DNA of 64,000 bases from contig CAIIXF020000001.1 of assembly GCA_903813345.2 (NCBI GenBank), forward strand, positions 32,426,001 to 32,490,000. Reading direction: 5' to 3'. The notes below the pieces were generated by a model, which was not told where the DNA came from, searched no databases, and was given only the letters and a program-made list of their open reading frames with translations. Positions within the stretch are counted from its first letter, which is position 1. Each line of letters begins with the position of its first letter. Both the position numbers and the translations under genes were made by a program. This DNA comes from Owenia fusiformis (lineage: Eukaryota). Positions 35,624 through 45,249 of this stretch are shown in pieces.

Positions 35624-36065
35624 CACTGGTGATCCACTCGATTACGCTGGTTACCAAAACGGTTCGTTTCGGTAACAAAATGTCGGAACATCGAAGGTTC
35701 GATTTTTCTTTTTTCCTTATTTCACACATTGTAGGCAGAATTCCCACGACATTTTTTTATCACAAACGTGTATCAGCATCATATGTTTAAGAAAATGTAC
35801 ATATTTGCGAACAAATAGTCCAGAAGACAACAGAATCGTCGATTTAATTCCTCACTTAAGTTACATAAACGGTATTTCGAAAAACAGTTTTAAGCACTTT
35901 TAACCCAAACCGTTTATGTAACTTAAGTGAGGAATTAAATCGACGATTCTGTTGTCTTCTGAGCTATTTTTTCGCAAATATGTACATTTTCTAAAACATA
36001 TGATACTGATATACGTTTGTGATAAAAACGTCGTTTCGATTCAGCCTACAACGCGTGAAATAAGG
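35624..36065. mobile_element. Palindromic MITE (CACTGGTGATCC terminus), right arm truncated
   Basis: ~35715-35872 is inverted at ~35910-36065. A second partial copy is at 18130. Confidence 0.75.
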
Positions 36066-36364
36066 TTAATTATGTTTTATTCAAAAAAATCCACAAAGAA
36101 AGAATGCGAAAGGGAAAATATTTCAGATGAGAAATTGGTGAAAAGACAAACCTCTAATCATTTAGCGTCAATGTCTTGAGTGAAATTGTTAACAAAACTT
36201 CTAATATATTTGTGAATGATTAGTGTAAATATTAACTAATGATTTACTTTATAAATTGAAGGGCCACGCAACCCAAGGGACCTTTTAGGAGTTCTATAAC
36301 AATACGTGGAAAAAGTGGCATATACCAAATCCAAAATATCTCTTCAATAGCCTAGAATTAGCTA

Positions 36365-37330
36365 TGTAACGGTCTGCTTAACGAAATTATGAATGCATAA
36401 AGCTTTCGCAGTTGCGGCAGTATGATATTTTAATGTCTATTTCACTGAAACACAAAAACGGAGCAACACTTTACATATGAATCCTGTGTGATAGACTAAT
36501 TGGAAATAAACCGGTTTTGTAACTTCGAAGAAGCAAACCACGACGGAAAACGCAATTCGAACGCGAGTTGGAAATATTTATCTATAATCTGATTGGTTGA
36601 TTTTGTATCAACTCACGATTGAATCGAATGTTAGATCGCCAGCGTTGTAGGGCGGCAGACGATATCGGGAGGCACGACTACAAGGTAGGGCTATGCACAT
36701 TTTCTAGGTGAACAACATTCCTGTTTCTGGACTTGGCGTTACTTCGGCTTACAGACTTCATCAACAGCAATATGCAGCAATGAGCAACCCAAGATAAGGA
36801 TTCGTAAGCTGTGAATCTACAGCAGTCCATTGGGGTGCCGTAACGGCTGGAATTCGCTGAAGGAATAGCGTCATCACGGGAGTTGAGACCACACAGTCAG
36901 CCAAGCGCATCAAGAGCAGCCTACACTCTATGCAAGTCCCCTATCATCGTGATCAAGTCCACGACGACTTCAAGGGCCAGTCCCACAACCGGTTGCCTCT
37001 TATCGTCTCGCATAGCTTTTATTATCTTTTATAGACATTTTAAATAGACATTTCTGTGGTATTATTTTGAAAGACATTTTATAAAGACATTTACATATCT
37101 AGAGTAATAGATTAAATTAAAAGCATCATAAATACCATTGTTCTTTCTCTCAGTGCCATAAATAATACTGCTTTGATTATAATGTTCTATTGATTTTAAT
37201 TAAATAAACCTTGTACATATTGTTATATTTTACATCACTTGTCGTGTTGCATATGTGTGTTGCATGTTGTATTTGATCTATTAGATTCTGTTTAAAAGTC
37301 CCATTCCCCTCCCCGTTTCGTCCGGCTACA
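36365..37330 (+). repeat. 5' LTR
   Basis: tgtaacgg...ccggctaca. By eye identical to the 3' LTR except 37326 C versus 45245 T. Confidence 0.97.
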
Positions 37331-37331
37331 T

Positions 37332-40300
37332 TTGGTGGCAGCTTACAGACAGCAACAACTACGTCTGCGTCTCCGGCCCGAAGAAGAGGGGGAAAAGGTG
37401 TCTGCAAGCAGAAACCAGAGATCTACATTTCCGGCCCGGAAATTTACGCAACACGAGGTAAACTGCTCAGCCATATGCATTTTCGCACGCATAGTGAAGC
37501 TACGGGATATCCATCCACAGTTTCCTGCACTGACCTGGTTGCCCATCCAAGGTGCTGCAAGGGAACTATTGATAGATATACCGATAGAAAGCAGATCGGA
37601 TTATGAAACATTGACCCAGAGGCTGAAAACACGATTTTCTCCAGAGCAGAAGGAGATAAACAAGTGTAATTTGAAGAATAAAAGAAGGGGAACGTCAGAA
37701 TCGTTGACTGAATTGGGGCAATATCTGCGTAGGCAGACCGCTTTAGCGTATCCTGGATTTGACTTTTCTTTGAGAGAAGAGATTGCCTTTGACCATTTCA
37801 TGGTAGCAATTTCAAAACAGTCTGACATGAAAACTTATATTAGGCTCTGCAAATCAAAGACGCTAGATGAAGCTGTATTAGCTGGCCTAGAATGGGAGTC
37901 GTACAATGTTCTAGATGGAGCAAACGCCTTCGAGGAAAATGAAATGGAAAAGCCAAATATGATTTTGACTGTAGAAAAGGAACAAACCTACGTAGAGAAA
38001 ATACTACAATTAGTAAAAGAGCAGCAAGAAGCCATCGATGATTTAAATAGAGAATTGGCAGATATCAGATCATTTAATGGTGGTATCGATCAAAGCGAGA
38101 TGTTGAATACTTTACACAATGTCACGTGTTTTAATTGCCAGGGAAATCACACATCGAATATGTGTCCTGTTGTTTTATACTGTACAAGATGTCACAATGA
38201 AAGGCACGTTAAAGAATTTTGTAAAGCTGATGTGAGGGAAAACACAAGAGAAAGAAGATCTCCTCATAGAGAATTCTCAAAATACAGCTACAACCACAAA
38301 CTTAGGAGAAGGAGAAGACATTTTGAGAGGTTTGGTGGTAACAGAAACTATTATAGGGACAGTGTATCTGGAAAAAGTAATGTGGAAAGAATACCAGGAT
38401 TGGAGCAAGATTGGCGAAATCAAAACCATTCCAATGACAATGGGAAAGTGAATAGCTCTGGGACAGAACGAAATGTGAATATAGATTTTACCCCAGAATT
38501 GACTAAGATGGTGAAACAAGTAGAAAAATACAAAGACCGAGATATCATAAACAGCATTCTTGAAGACGGTCTATTTGTAAAAGCAAAACTAGAGGCGGGG
38601 ACAGTTAGTTTCCTAATTGACAGCGGATCCTGCATCTCAATCATCTCTATGGAAAAATTCATGGAAATTGGAAAGGAGAAAGACATAATTGTGCCACCTT
38701 ATAATGGATTCAAAAATGCAGATGGCAGCCAGTTACCACTTGTTGGATATAGCAATATTAGCCTTGGTATTGGAGATGGTGTTTTTCAACACAAAATATG
38801 GATAGCACACATAAGTGTAGACGCTATTTTGGGAATGGATTTTATGGTCCAGCACAAATGTATGTTAGACATGGGAAATGGACGCATGTGTATTGGAGAA
38901 AATTATGTAGATTGTTGGACACGAGATTCACAGCCAGTGATAAAAGTACTTGTTAACAGCACAGTGAGAGTACCACCAATGAGTGAATTGATTGTGAAAG
39001 GTCGGATTAATAGAATAAGTGGTCCATACAATGTAGGCAAGAGGCAGTTAGGTGTTGTTGAACCATCACAAACATTTAATGACAAGCATGATGTAATGAT
39101 TGGCAGGTCATTAGTCGACCTAAAAGATAAAAAGGAACAGGTGATACCATTGAGAGTATTGAATCCAACAGATCAACCTATTGTGATATACAAGAATACA
39201 AGAGCAGCCGAGGTAGAGTTAATTGACAAAATCGACCATGTTCTTGATCAGTATGGAAACAGGATAAATGCAGTATCCTCTTCAGATAGTATGCCATCAC
39301 AGAAAATTCCGGAATATCTAAAAGATTTGCACGAACGAAGCAGCAAGCATCTTAATACTGAGCAATCACAGTTGATAGGAGATCTATTAATTAGATACAA
39401 AGACATATTCGCAAAATCATCAGATGACTTAGGGAAAACATCAATTGTAGAGCACACTATAGATACGGGGAACCATGCACCAATAAGACAACCTCCAAGA
39501 AGACAAGCATTGGCACAGCAGAAAGTAGTGACAGAGGAAGTGGAGAAGATGTTAAAGAATGGGATTATAGAACCATCAAATAGTCCTTGGTCATCACCAG
39601 TGGTATTGGTAAAGAAAAAGGATGGAACCACACGCTTTTGCATAGACTATAGGAAACTCAACGAGGTTACGAGGAAAGATGCATATCCAATACCTCGATT
39701 AGACACGTGTCTTGACAGCTTAGCTGGAGCACAGTGGTTTTGTTCAATGGATTTAGCAAGCGGATATTGGCAGGTCAAGATGCACGAGTCTGATAAAGAC
39801 AAAACTAGTTTTGTTGTAAAAGATGGGTTATTCTCATTTAATGTCCTACCATTCGGACTAACAAATGCCCCAAGTACGTTCCAAAGATTAATGGAAACAG
39901 TGCTCCGTGGATTGCAGTGGAAAACATCTCTTCTCTATATCGACGACGTACTTACATGGGGTACAACCTTCGAGAACACCTTGAATAACTTACAGGAAGT
40001 ATTTGAGAGAATCCGGAAATCTGGAATGAAATTGAAGCCTAAGAAATGTTCATTATTCCAGAAAGATCTGATCTTCCTAGGACATAAAGTATCCACGGAT
40101 GGCATTGAAACTGACCCAGTGAAGGTTGAAAGAATTGTGAATTGGAAAACTCCACGTTGCCAGAAAGAAGTACGGGCATTCAATGGATTTGTGGGGTATT
40201 ACAGGAAGTTCATTAAGAACTATTCAACAATTGCAAGACCCCTGAATCAACTATGTGAGAAGACACAGAAATTTGTTTGGACAAAAGAATGTGAAACAGC

Positions 40301-42506
40301 TTTCCAGACTCTAAAGACAGCAATATCATCAGCTCCCATATTGGCCTATCCAGAAGCTGATAGTAAATTTGTATTAGATACAGATGCATCTGACTTTGGG
40401 ATAGGTGGTGTTCTATCAATTGTAAAAGATGGGGTAGAAAAACCTGTAACATACGCTAGTCGAACATTGAATAAATCTGAACGCAGATATTGCGTGACAA
40501 GAAAAGAATTGTTAGCAGTTGTTGTATTTGTAAAGAAATTCAGACCGTATTTGTATGGCAGAAAGTTCATCATAAGAACTGACCACAAAGCTCTCAAATG
40601 GCTGTTCAAGTTCAAAGAGCCAGATGGACAAATAGCCAGATGGTTAGAGATGCTGAGCTCATATGACATGGAAATTCAACACCGTGCGGGAAAGTCACAC
40701 AACAATGCTGATGGATTATCAAGAATGGTATGTCCACAGTGTGGAATGAATGATGGTCGCATAAATGCCATACACGAACACTCTTCAGATCCACAAGAAA
40801 AGACAGCACTGGAAGGATGGAGTCCAGAAGAGCTTCGTAATATGCAACTTATTGACAAGGACATTGGTTTTGTCATGAAAGCATTTGAAAAACAGAAGAA
40901 ACCCCACTGGAATGAAATCACCAAAACAAGTCCAGCCACAAAACATCTAATGACACAATGGGATAGATTGGAAGTGAAAGGTGGTGTCTTGTATAGAAAA
41001 TGGGAATCTTATGATGGGCGTAAGATCACTTGGCAATTAGTCCTTCCCAAGAAATTGCATAGAGACGTCTTATTTCAGTTGCATAGCATGCCAACAGGAG
41101 GTCATTTGGGAATAATGAAGACAGTTGAAAAAGTGCGAGAAAGATTTTTCTGGCATAGTCTGCGCAGTGATGTCAGAAATTGGTGTAACCGATGTGATCA
41201 ATGTGCATCAAGAAAACCAAATCTTAAGAAAAAGAGAGCAGAAATGAAGCTGTTTCAAGTTGGAGCGCCCATGGAGAGAATAGCAACAGATATTCTTGGT
41301 CCACTACCCACGTCAGAAAAGGGCAACAAGTACATTTTGATAGTGGCAGATTATTTTACAAAATGGACAGAGGCCTATGCAATTCCCAATCAAGAAACAG
41401 AAACCATAGCTGATGTAGTCAGCAAAGAATTCATTTGCCGATGGGGTTGTCCAATGGCCATGCATAGCGACCAGGGTAGAAATTATGAGTCAAAAGTGTT
41501 TCAAGAAGTGTGCAAAGCTTTTGGTATCAATAAAACAAGAACCACGCCACTAAGACCATGCTCAGATGGAATGGTTGAACGCTTCAATCGTACGCTGGAA
41601 AGTATGTTAAGCATGTTTGTTGAGAAGCATCAACGTGATTGGGACAACTACCTGCCTTATCTAATGCTAGCATATCGTACATCAGTACATGAAACATCAC
41701 AATTCACGCCATGTGAAATGATGCTGGGTAGGCAGTTGAATCTACCAGTTGATATGGTGTTTGGGCCACCACCGGGAGAAAATAACACAGATGAAACAGA
41801 GTATGTTACAGAAATGAAAGAGAGGATGGAAATTGCACATGCGTTTGCAAGAGAAAATTTGAACAAAAATAGCACTAGGCAGAAAAAGTACTATGACTTA
41901 AAAGCCAGTCCCACAACAATGCATGAAGGAGATGCAGTGTGGTTACATTGTCCAGTAAGAAAACCAGGTATCTCCCCGAAATTACAGAGACCCTATCAAG
42001 GTCCTTACATTATCACGAAAAGGATAACTGACATTACGTTCAGAATCAGAAGATCACCAAGGAGTAAGGAAACAGTAGTTCATATAGATAGGTTGAAGCC
42101 ATACAATGGAGACGATAAACCAACATGGTACAAAAAGAAAGAGTTTGTCCAGGTTGAAAGTGAAAAAGAACCACAGCAGACCACCAAAACGGTGAAAAGA
42201 CGAGAAAATATAGAAGCAGCGTATATAGAGAAAGAACCTGCAGACCCAAGCGATGATGCAGTGGATGAAGAAATTGAGAGTGCAGATGAAGTACATGTAG
42301 ATAGGAATGAAGATGATCAGCGGGAATCAGAAGAGTTTTATGAAGTTGAGAAAATCCTAGGGAAAAGAAAAAGGAATGGAAAAGATGAATTTTTGTGCAA
42401 ATGGAAAGGATGGGATTCTCAACATAACACATTTGAGCCATTCTCACATTTGAATGAATCTGCCAAAGAATACATTAGGAATCATGTGATTCCAGATGTA
42501 AAATAA
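37332..42506 (+). CDS. Gag-Pol polyprotein: partial capsid, two zinc knuckles, protease, RT, RNase H, integrase, chromodomain
   Basis: Knuckles CFNCQGNHTSNMC and CTRCHNERHVKEFC. Protease LIDSGS; RT YIDD; RNase H TDASD and TDH. Integrase HHCC, DILGP, SDQG, ERFNRTL and GPY. C-terminal YEVEKIL..KWKGW. First in-frame ATG only at 37800. Confidence 0.95.
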   Translation: MVAAYRQQQLRLRLRPEEEGEKVSASRNQRSTFPARKFTQHEVNCSAICIFARIVKLRDIHPQFPALTWLPIQGAARELLIDIPIESRSDYETLTQRLKTRFSPEQKEINKCNLKNKRRGTSESLTELGQYLRRQTALAYPGFDFSLREEIAFDHFMVAISKQSDMKTYIRLCKSKTLDEAVLAGLEWESYNVLDGANAFEENEMEKPNMILTVEKEQTYVEKILQLVKEQQEAIDDLNRELADIRSFNGGIDQSEMLNTLHNVTCFNCQGNHTSNMCPVVLYCTRCHNERHVKEFCKADVRENTRERRSPHREFSKYSYNHKLRRRRRHFERFGGNRNYYRDSVSGKSNVERIPGLEQDWRNQNHSNDNGKVNSSGTERNVNIDFTPELTKMVKQVEKYKDRDIINSILEDGLFVKAKLEAGTVSFLIDSGSCISIISMEKFMEIGKEKDIIVPPYNGFKNADGSQLPLVGYSNISLGIGDGVFQHKIWIAHISVDAILGMDFMVQHKCMLDMGNGRMCIGENYVDCWTRDSQPVIKVLVNSTVRVPPMSELIVKGRINRISGPYNVGKRQLGVVEPSQTFNDKHDVMIGRSLVDLKDKKEQVIPLRVLNPTDQPIVIYKNTRAAEVELIDKIDHVLDQYGNRINAVSSSDSMPSQKIPEYLKDLHERSSKHLNTEQSQLIGDLLIRYKDIFAKSSDDLGKTSIVEHTIDTGNHAPIRQPPRRQALAQQKVVTEEVEKMLKNGIIEPSNSPWSSPVVLVKKKDGTTRFCIDYRKLNEVTRKDAYPIPRLDTCLDSLAGAQWFCSMDLASGYWQVKMHESDKDKTSFVVKDGLFSFNVLPFGLTNAPSTFQRLMETVLRGLQWKTSLLYIDDVLTWGTTFENTLNNLQEVFERIRKSGMKLKPKKCSLFQKDLIFLGHKVSTDGIETDPVKVERIVNWKTPRCQKEVRAFNGFVGYYRKFIKNYSTIARPLNQLCEKTQKFVWTKECETAFQTLKTAISSAPILAYPEADSKFVLDTDASDFGIGGVLSIVKDGVEKPVTYASRTLNKSERRYCVTRKELLAVVVFVKKFRPYLYGRKFIIRTDHKALKWLFKFKEPDGQIARWLEMLSSYDMEIQHRAGKSHNNADGLSRMVCPQCGMNDGRINAIHEHSSDPQEKTALEGWSPEELRNMQLIDKDIGFVMKAFEKQKKPHWNEITKTSPATKHLMTQWDRLEVKGGVLYRKWESYDGRKITWQLVLPKKLHRDVLFQLHSMPTGGHLGIMKTVEKVRERFFWHSLRSDVRNWCNRCDQCASRKPNLKKKRAEMKLFQVGAPMERIATDILGPLPTSEKGNKYILIVADYFTKWTEAYAIPNQETETIADVVSKEFICRWGCPMAMHSDQGRNYESKVFQEVCKAFGINKTRTTPLRPCSDGMVERFNRTLESMLSMFVEKHQRDWDNYLPYLMLAYRTSVHETSQFTPCEMMLGRQLNLPVDMVFGPPPGENNTDETEYVTEMKERMEIAHAFARENLNKNSTRQKKYYDLKASPTTMHEGDAVWLHCPVRKPGISPKLQRPYQGPYIITKRITDITFRIRRSPRSKETVVHIDRLKPYNGDDKPTWYKKKEFVQVESEKEPQQTTKTVKRRENIEAAYIEKEPADPSDDAVDEEIESADEVHVDRNEDDQRESEEFYEVEKILGKRKRNGKDEFLCKWKGWDSQHNTFEPFSHLNESAKEYIRNHVIPDVK
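37333..37342 (+). promoter_or_regulatory. Primer-binding site (TGGTGGCAGC, compatible with a tRNA-Leu 3' end)
   Basis: Starts with TGG 2 nt after the 5' LTR. Confidence 0.7.
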
Positions 42507-44283
42507 TCAGGGTAGCTTTCCTGGCCTAATGATTGTCGCGCGTGTATCAACACTTATAGAAGATTGAGGAAGTTTAAAATATATTGTTGTAAATAATTGT
42601 ATAAATATGATATTTTGACGAGAGGATTTATTTACCGTTAAAGTTGGACTGTGAGATATGAAGTGAAGATTATATATTGAGACTCAAAAGTTTGTGCTTT
42701 AATCACTATTGTAAATACGTGTATGAGTTGCTGATAAAAAAAAAAAAAAAATTCAAGAAATTGATTGGTGTAATGACGTACATGATTTCAAATGATATGT
42801 GATGTGTCAAATTAAGAGAAACGCATCAATCAGTTGTATAAGCCAACTTTGAACGTTTTCGAAAGTATTTCATGTAAATGCTTAAGAGTCAGCAAATACC
42901 GTTCTTGCCTTAGTATATGTATTCATGCAAGTACCTACTTGCCTTTTAGTGAATCGTATAGCTTGAAATAATGTATGCCGAAGTCTCTTTTGCAATGCCG
43001 TTTATGATAATTTGGAAATGTTTAAAGGGGGTGCGTGGTGATTCAGAACCTATGACGTGATTATTTGGCTGGTAGTTACAATAGTGGATATAATGTTGGA
43101 ACTGTTGTTTAAGAAAATGAATCTTCAGGCTAGGTGGATTCGTTTAAGAAATTACAACATGTATCTTACTTCTGATTTGTGTGACTGTGAGTGGGCTCGC
43201 AACCCATGAAACGACTGGCGAAGATTAAATGTGAAGTATGAATGTTAATCATGTAAGAAATGTGCTGTCCATTTTTAGACGATTTCGTCAACTGAAAATA
43301 GCTTAGATATGATTATGTTGTCGACGTCATGATCATTTTGAGTATAAATTACTCATGCATTCTGTATTGTATTTACTTAGTGGATGTGCACGTACATTTG
43401 TGCTATGGGGAGGTGTGATACGATATTAGGAATTGTGTCTGAAAGTTTGGAAAGACAGTTGGATCTCGATATGTTTGGTAGCTGCTAAATCAAGTTTCAC
43501 TGATTATGGTTATGGTTATCCAGGTGAAACAACTTTCATAGAGTTGAAATAGTTGAGAATGATCATTTTGGAATAGGAGTATTAGCCATGCATATATTGA
43601 GAGAGTAATATTTGTGGAAACTATCAACATTTTGATCCAGATGTAGATGATTCAGTCTGTCTTGTATAAGATGATGTACAAAGCTGGATCTATTGTTTTG
43701 TTTGATCGCAGCACATGTTTTGTTGGAGAGATTTATATAGAAACGCTAATCCATGTAAGGAAATAGCATAATCGTCAAGATGCATTTTGTGGCTGTAAAT
43801 AGGAAAACGTGTAAATGGATACAGTATTGTCAATAGAGGAAAATGTAAATAGCGCTCGAAATATACAATTTGAAGAAGATATGTGATTTGTTATAGCTAG
43901 ATAGTCATCCAGAAATAATGTCTTAACGAGGACGTTAACTAAAGAAAGGAGGGGGTGAACGCATCGTATCTGAGAATTTTTGTAAAAATTTATTGAAATC
44001 TGCATTGTAGATAGATTTTGATTGATATTTTTGGAAATGTTTGATGTATACGTATATAGACCTGACAGAGAGATATCTACTAAGCTACATTTTAAAGCCG
44101 AGGCCTTAATTGCTGACCATGTGAAGTTTTTTATGAAGTGGATTTGAGTTTTATTTTGAAGACGACTGTGGAATTTTTGAAAATATGAAAATGAAATGTA
44201 CCAGTCACATATTTAACTAAACAGAATAGAGGAATATATTAAATGTTAATGACGAGGACGTCATTTTATAAGAGGGGGAGCTA

Positions 44284-45249
44284 TGTAACGGTCTGCTTAA
44301 CGAAATTATGAATGCATAAAGCTTTCGCAGTTGCGGCAGTATGATATTTTAATGTCTATTTCACTGAAACACAAAAACGGAGCAACACTTTACATATGAA
44401 TCCTGTGTGATAGACTAATTGGAAATAAACCGGTTTTGTAACTTCGAAGAAGCAAACCACGACGGAAAACGCAATTCGAACGCGAGTTGGAAATATTTAT
44501 CTATAATCTGATTGGTTGATTTTGTATCAACTCACGATTGAATCGAATGTTAGATCGCCAGCGTTGTAGGGCGGCAGACGATATCGGGAGGCACGACTAC
44601 AAGGTAGGGCTATGCACATTTTCTAGGTGAACAACATTCCTGTTTCTGGACTTGGCGTTACTTCGGCTTACAGACTTCATCAACAGCAATATGCAGCAAT
44701 GAGCAACCCAAGATAAGGATTCGTAAGCTGTGAATCTACAGCAGTCCATTGGGGTGCCGTAACGGCTGGAATTCGCTGAAGGAATAGCGTCATCACGGGA
44801 GTTGAGACCACACAGTCAGCCAAGCGCATCAAGAGCAGCCTACACTCTATGCAAGTCCCCTATCATCGTGATCAAGTCCACGACGACTTCAAGGGCCAGT
44901 CCCACAACCGGTTGCCTCTTATCGTCTCGCATAGCTTTTATTATCTTTTATAGACATTTTAAATAGACATTTCTGTGGTATTATTTTGAAAGACATTTTA
45001 TAAAGACATTTACATATCTAGAGTAATAGATTAAATTAAAAGCATCATAAATACCATTGTTCTTTCTCTCAGTGCCATAAATAATACTGCTTTGATTATA
45101 ATGTTCTATTGATTTTAATTAAATAAACCTTGTACATATTGTTATATTTTACATCACTTGTCGTGTTGCATATGTGTGTTGCATGTTGTATTTGATCTAT
45201 TAGATTCTGTTTAAAAGTCCCATTCCCCTCCCCGTTTCGTCCGGTTACA
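44284..45249 (+). repeat. 3' LTR
   Basis: tgtaacgg...ccggttaca, preceded by PPT aagagggggag (44270-44280). Confidence 0.97.

Larger units (their letters stand above)
36365..45249 (+). mobile_element. Full-length-sized Ty3/Gypsy LTR retrotransposon (8885 bp), very recent insertion
   Basis: Two 966-bp TG..CA LTRs, 4-bp TSD gcta (36361-36364 and 45250-45253), PBS, PPT and an uninterrupted gag-pol frame. Confidence 0.97.

Noticed and set aside
37343..42447. Antisense ORFs within the Gypsy element; an env gene after pol
   Set aside because: Shadow frames of gag-pol. No long ORF between 42507 and 44283.
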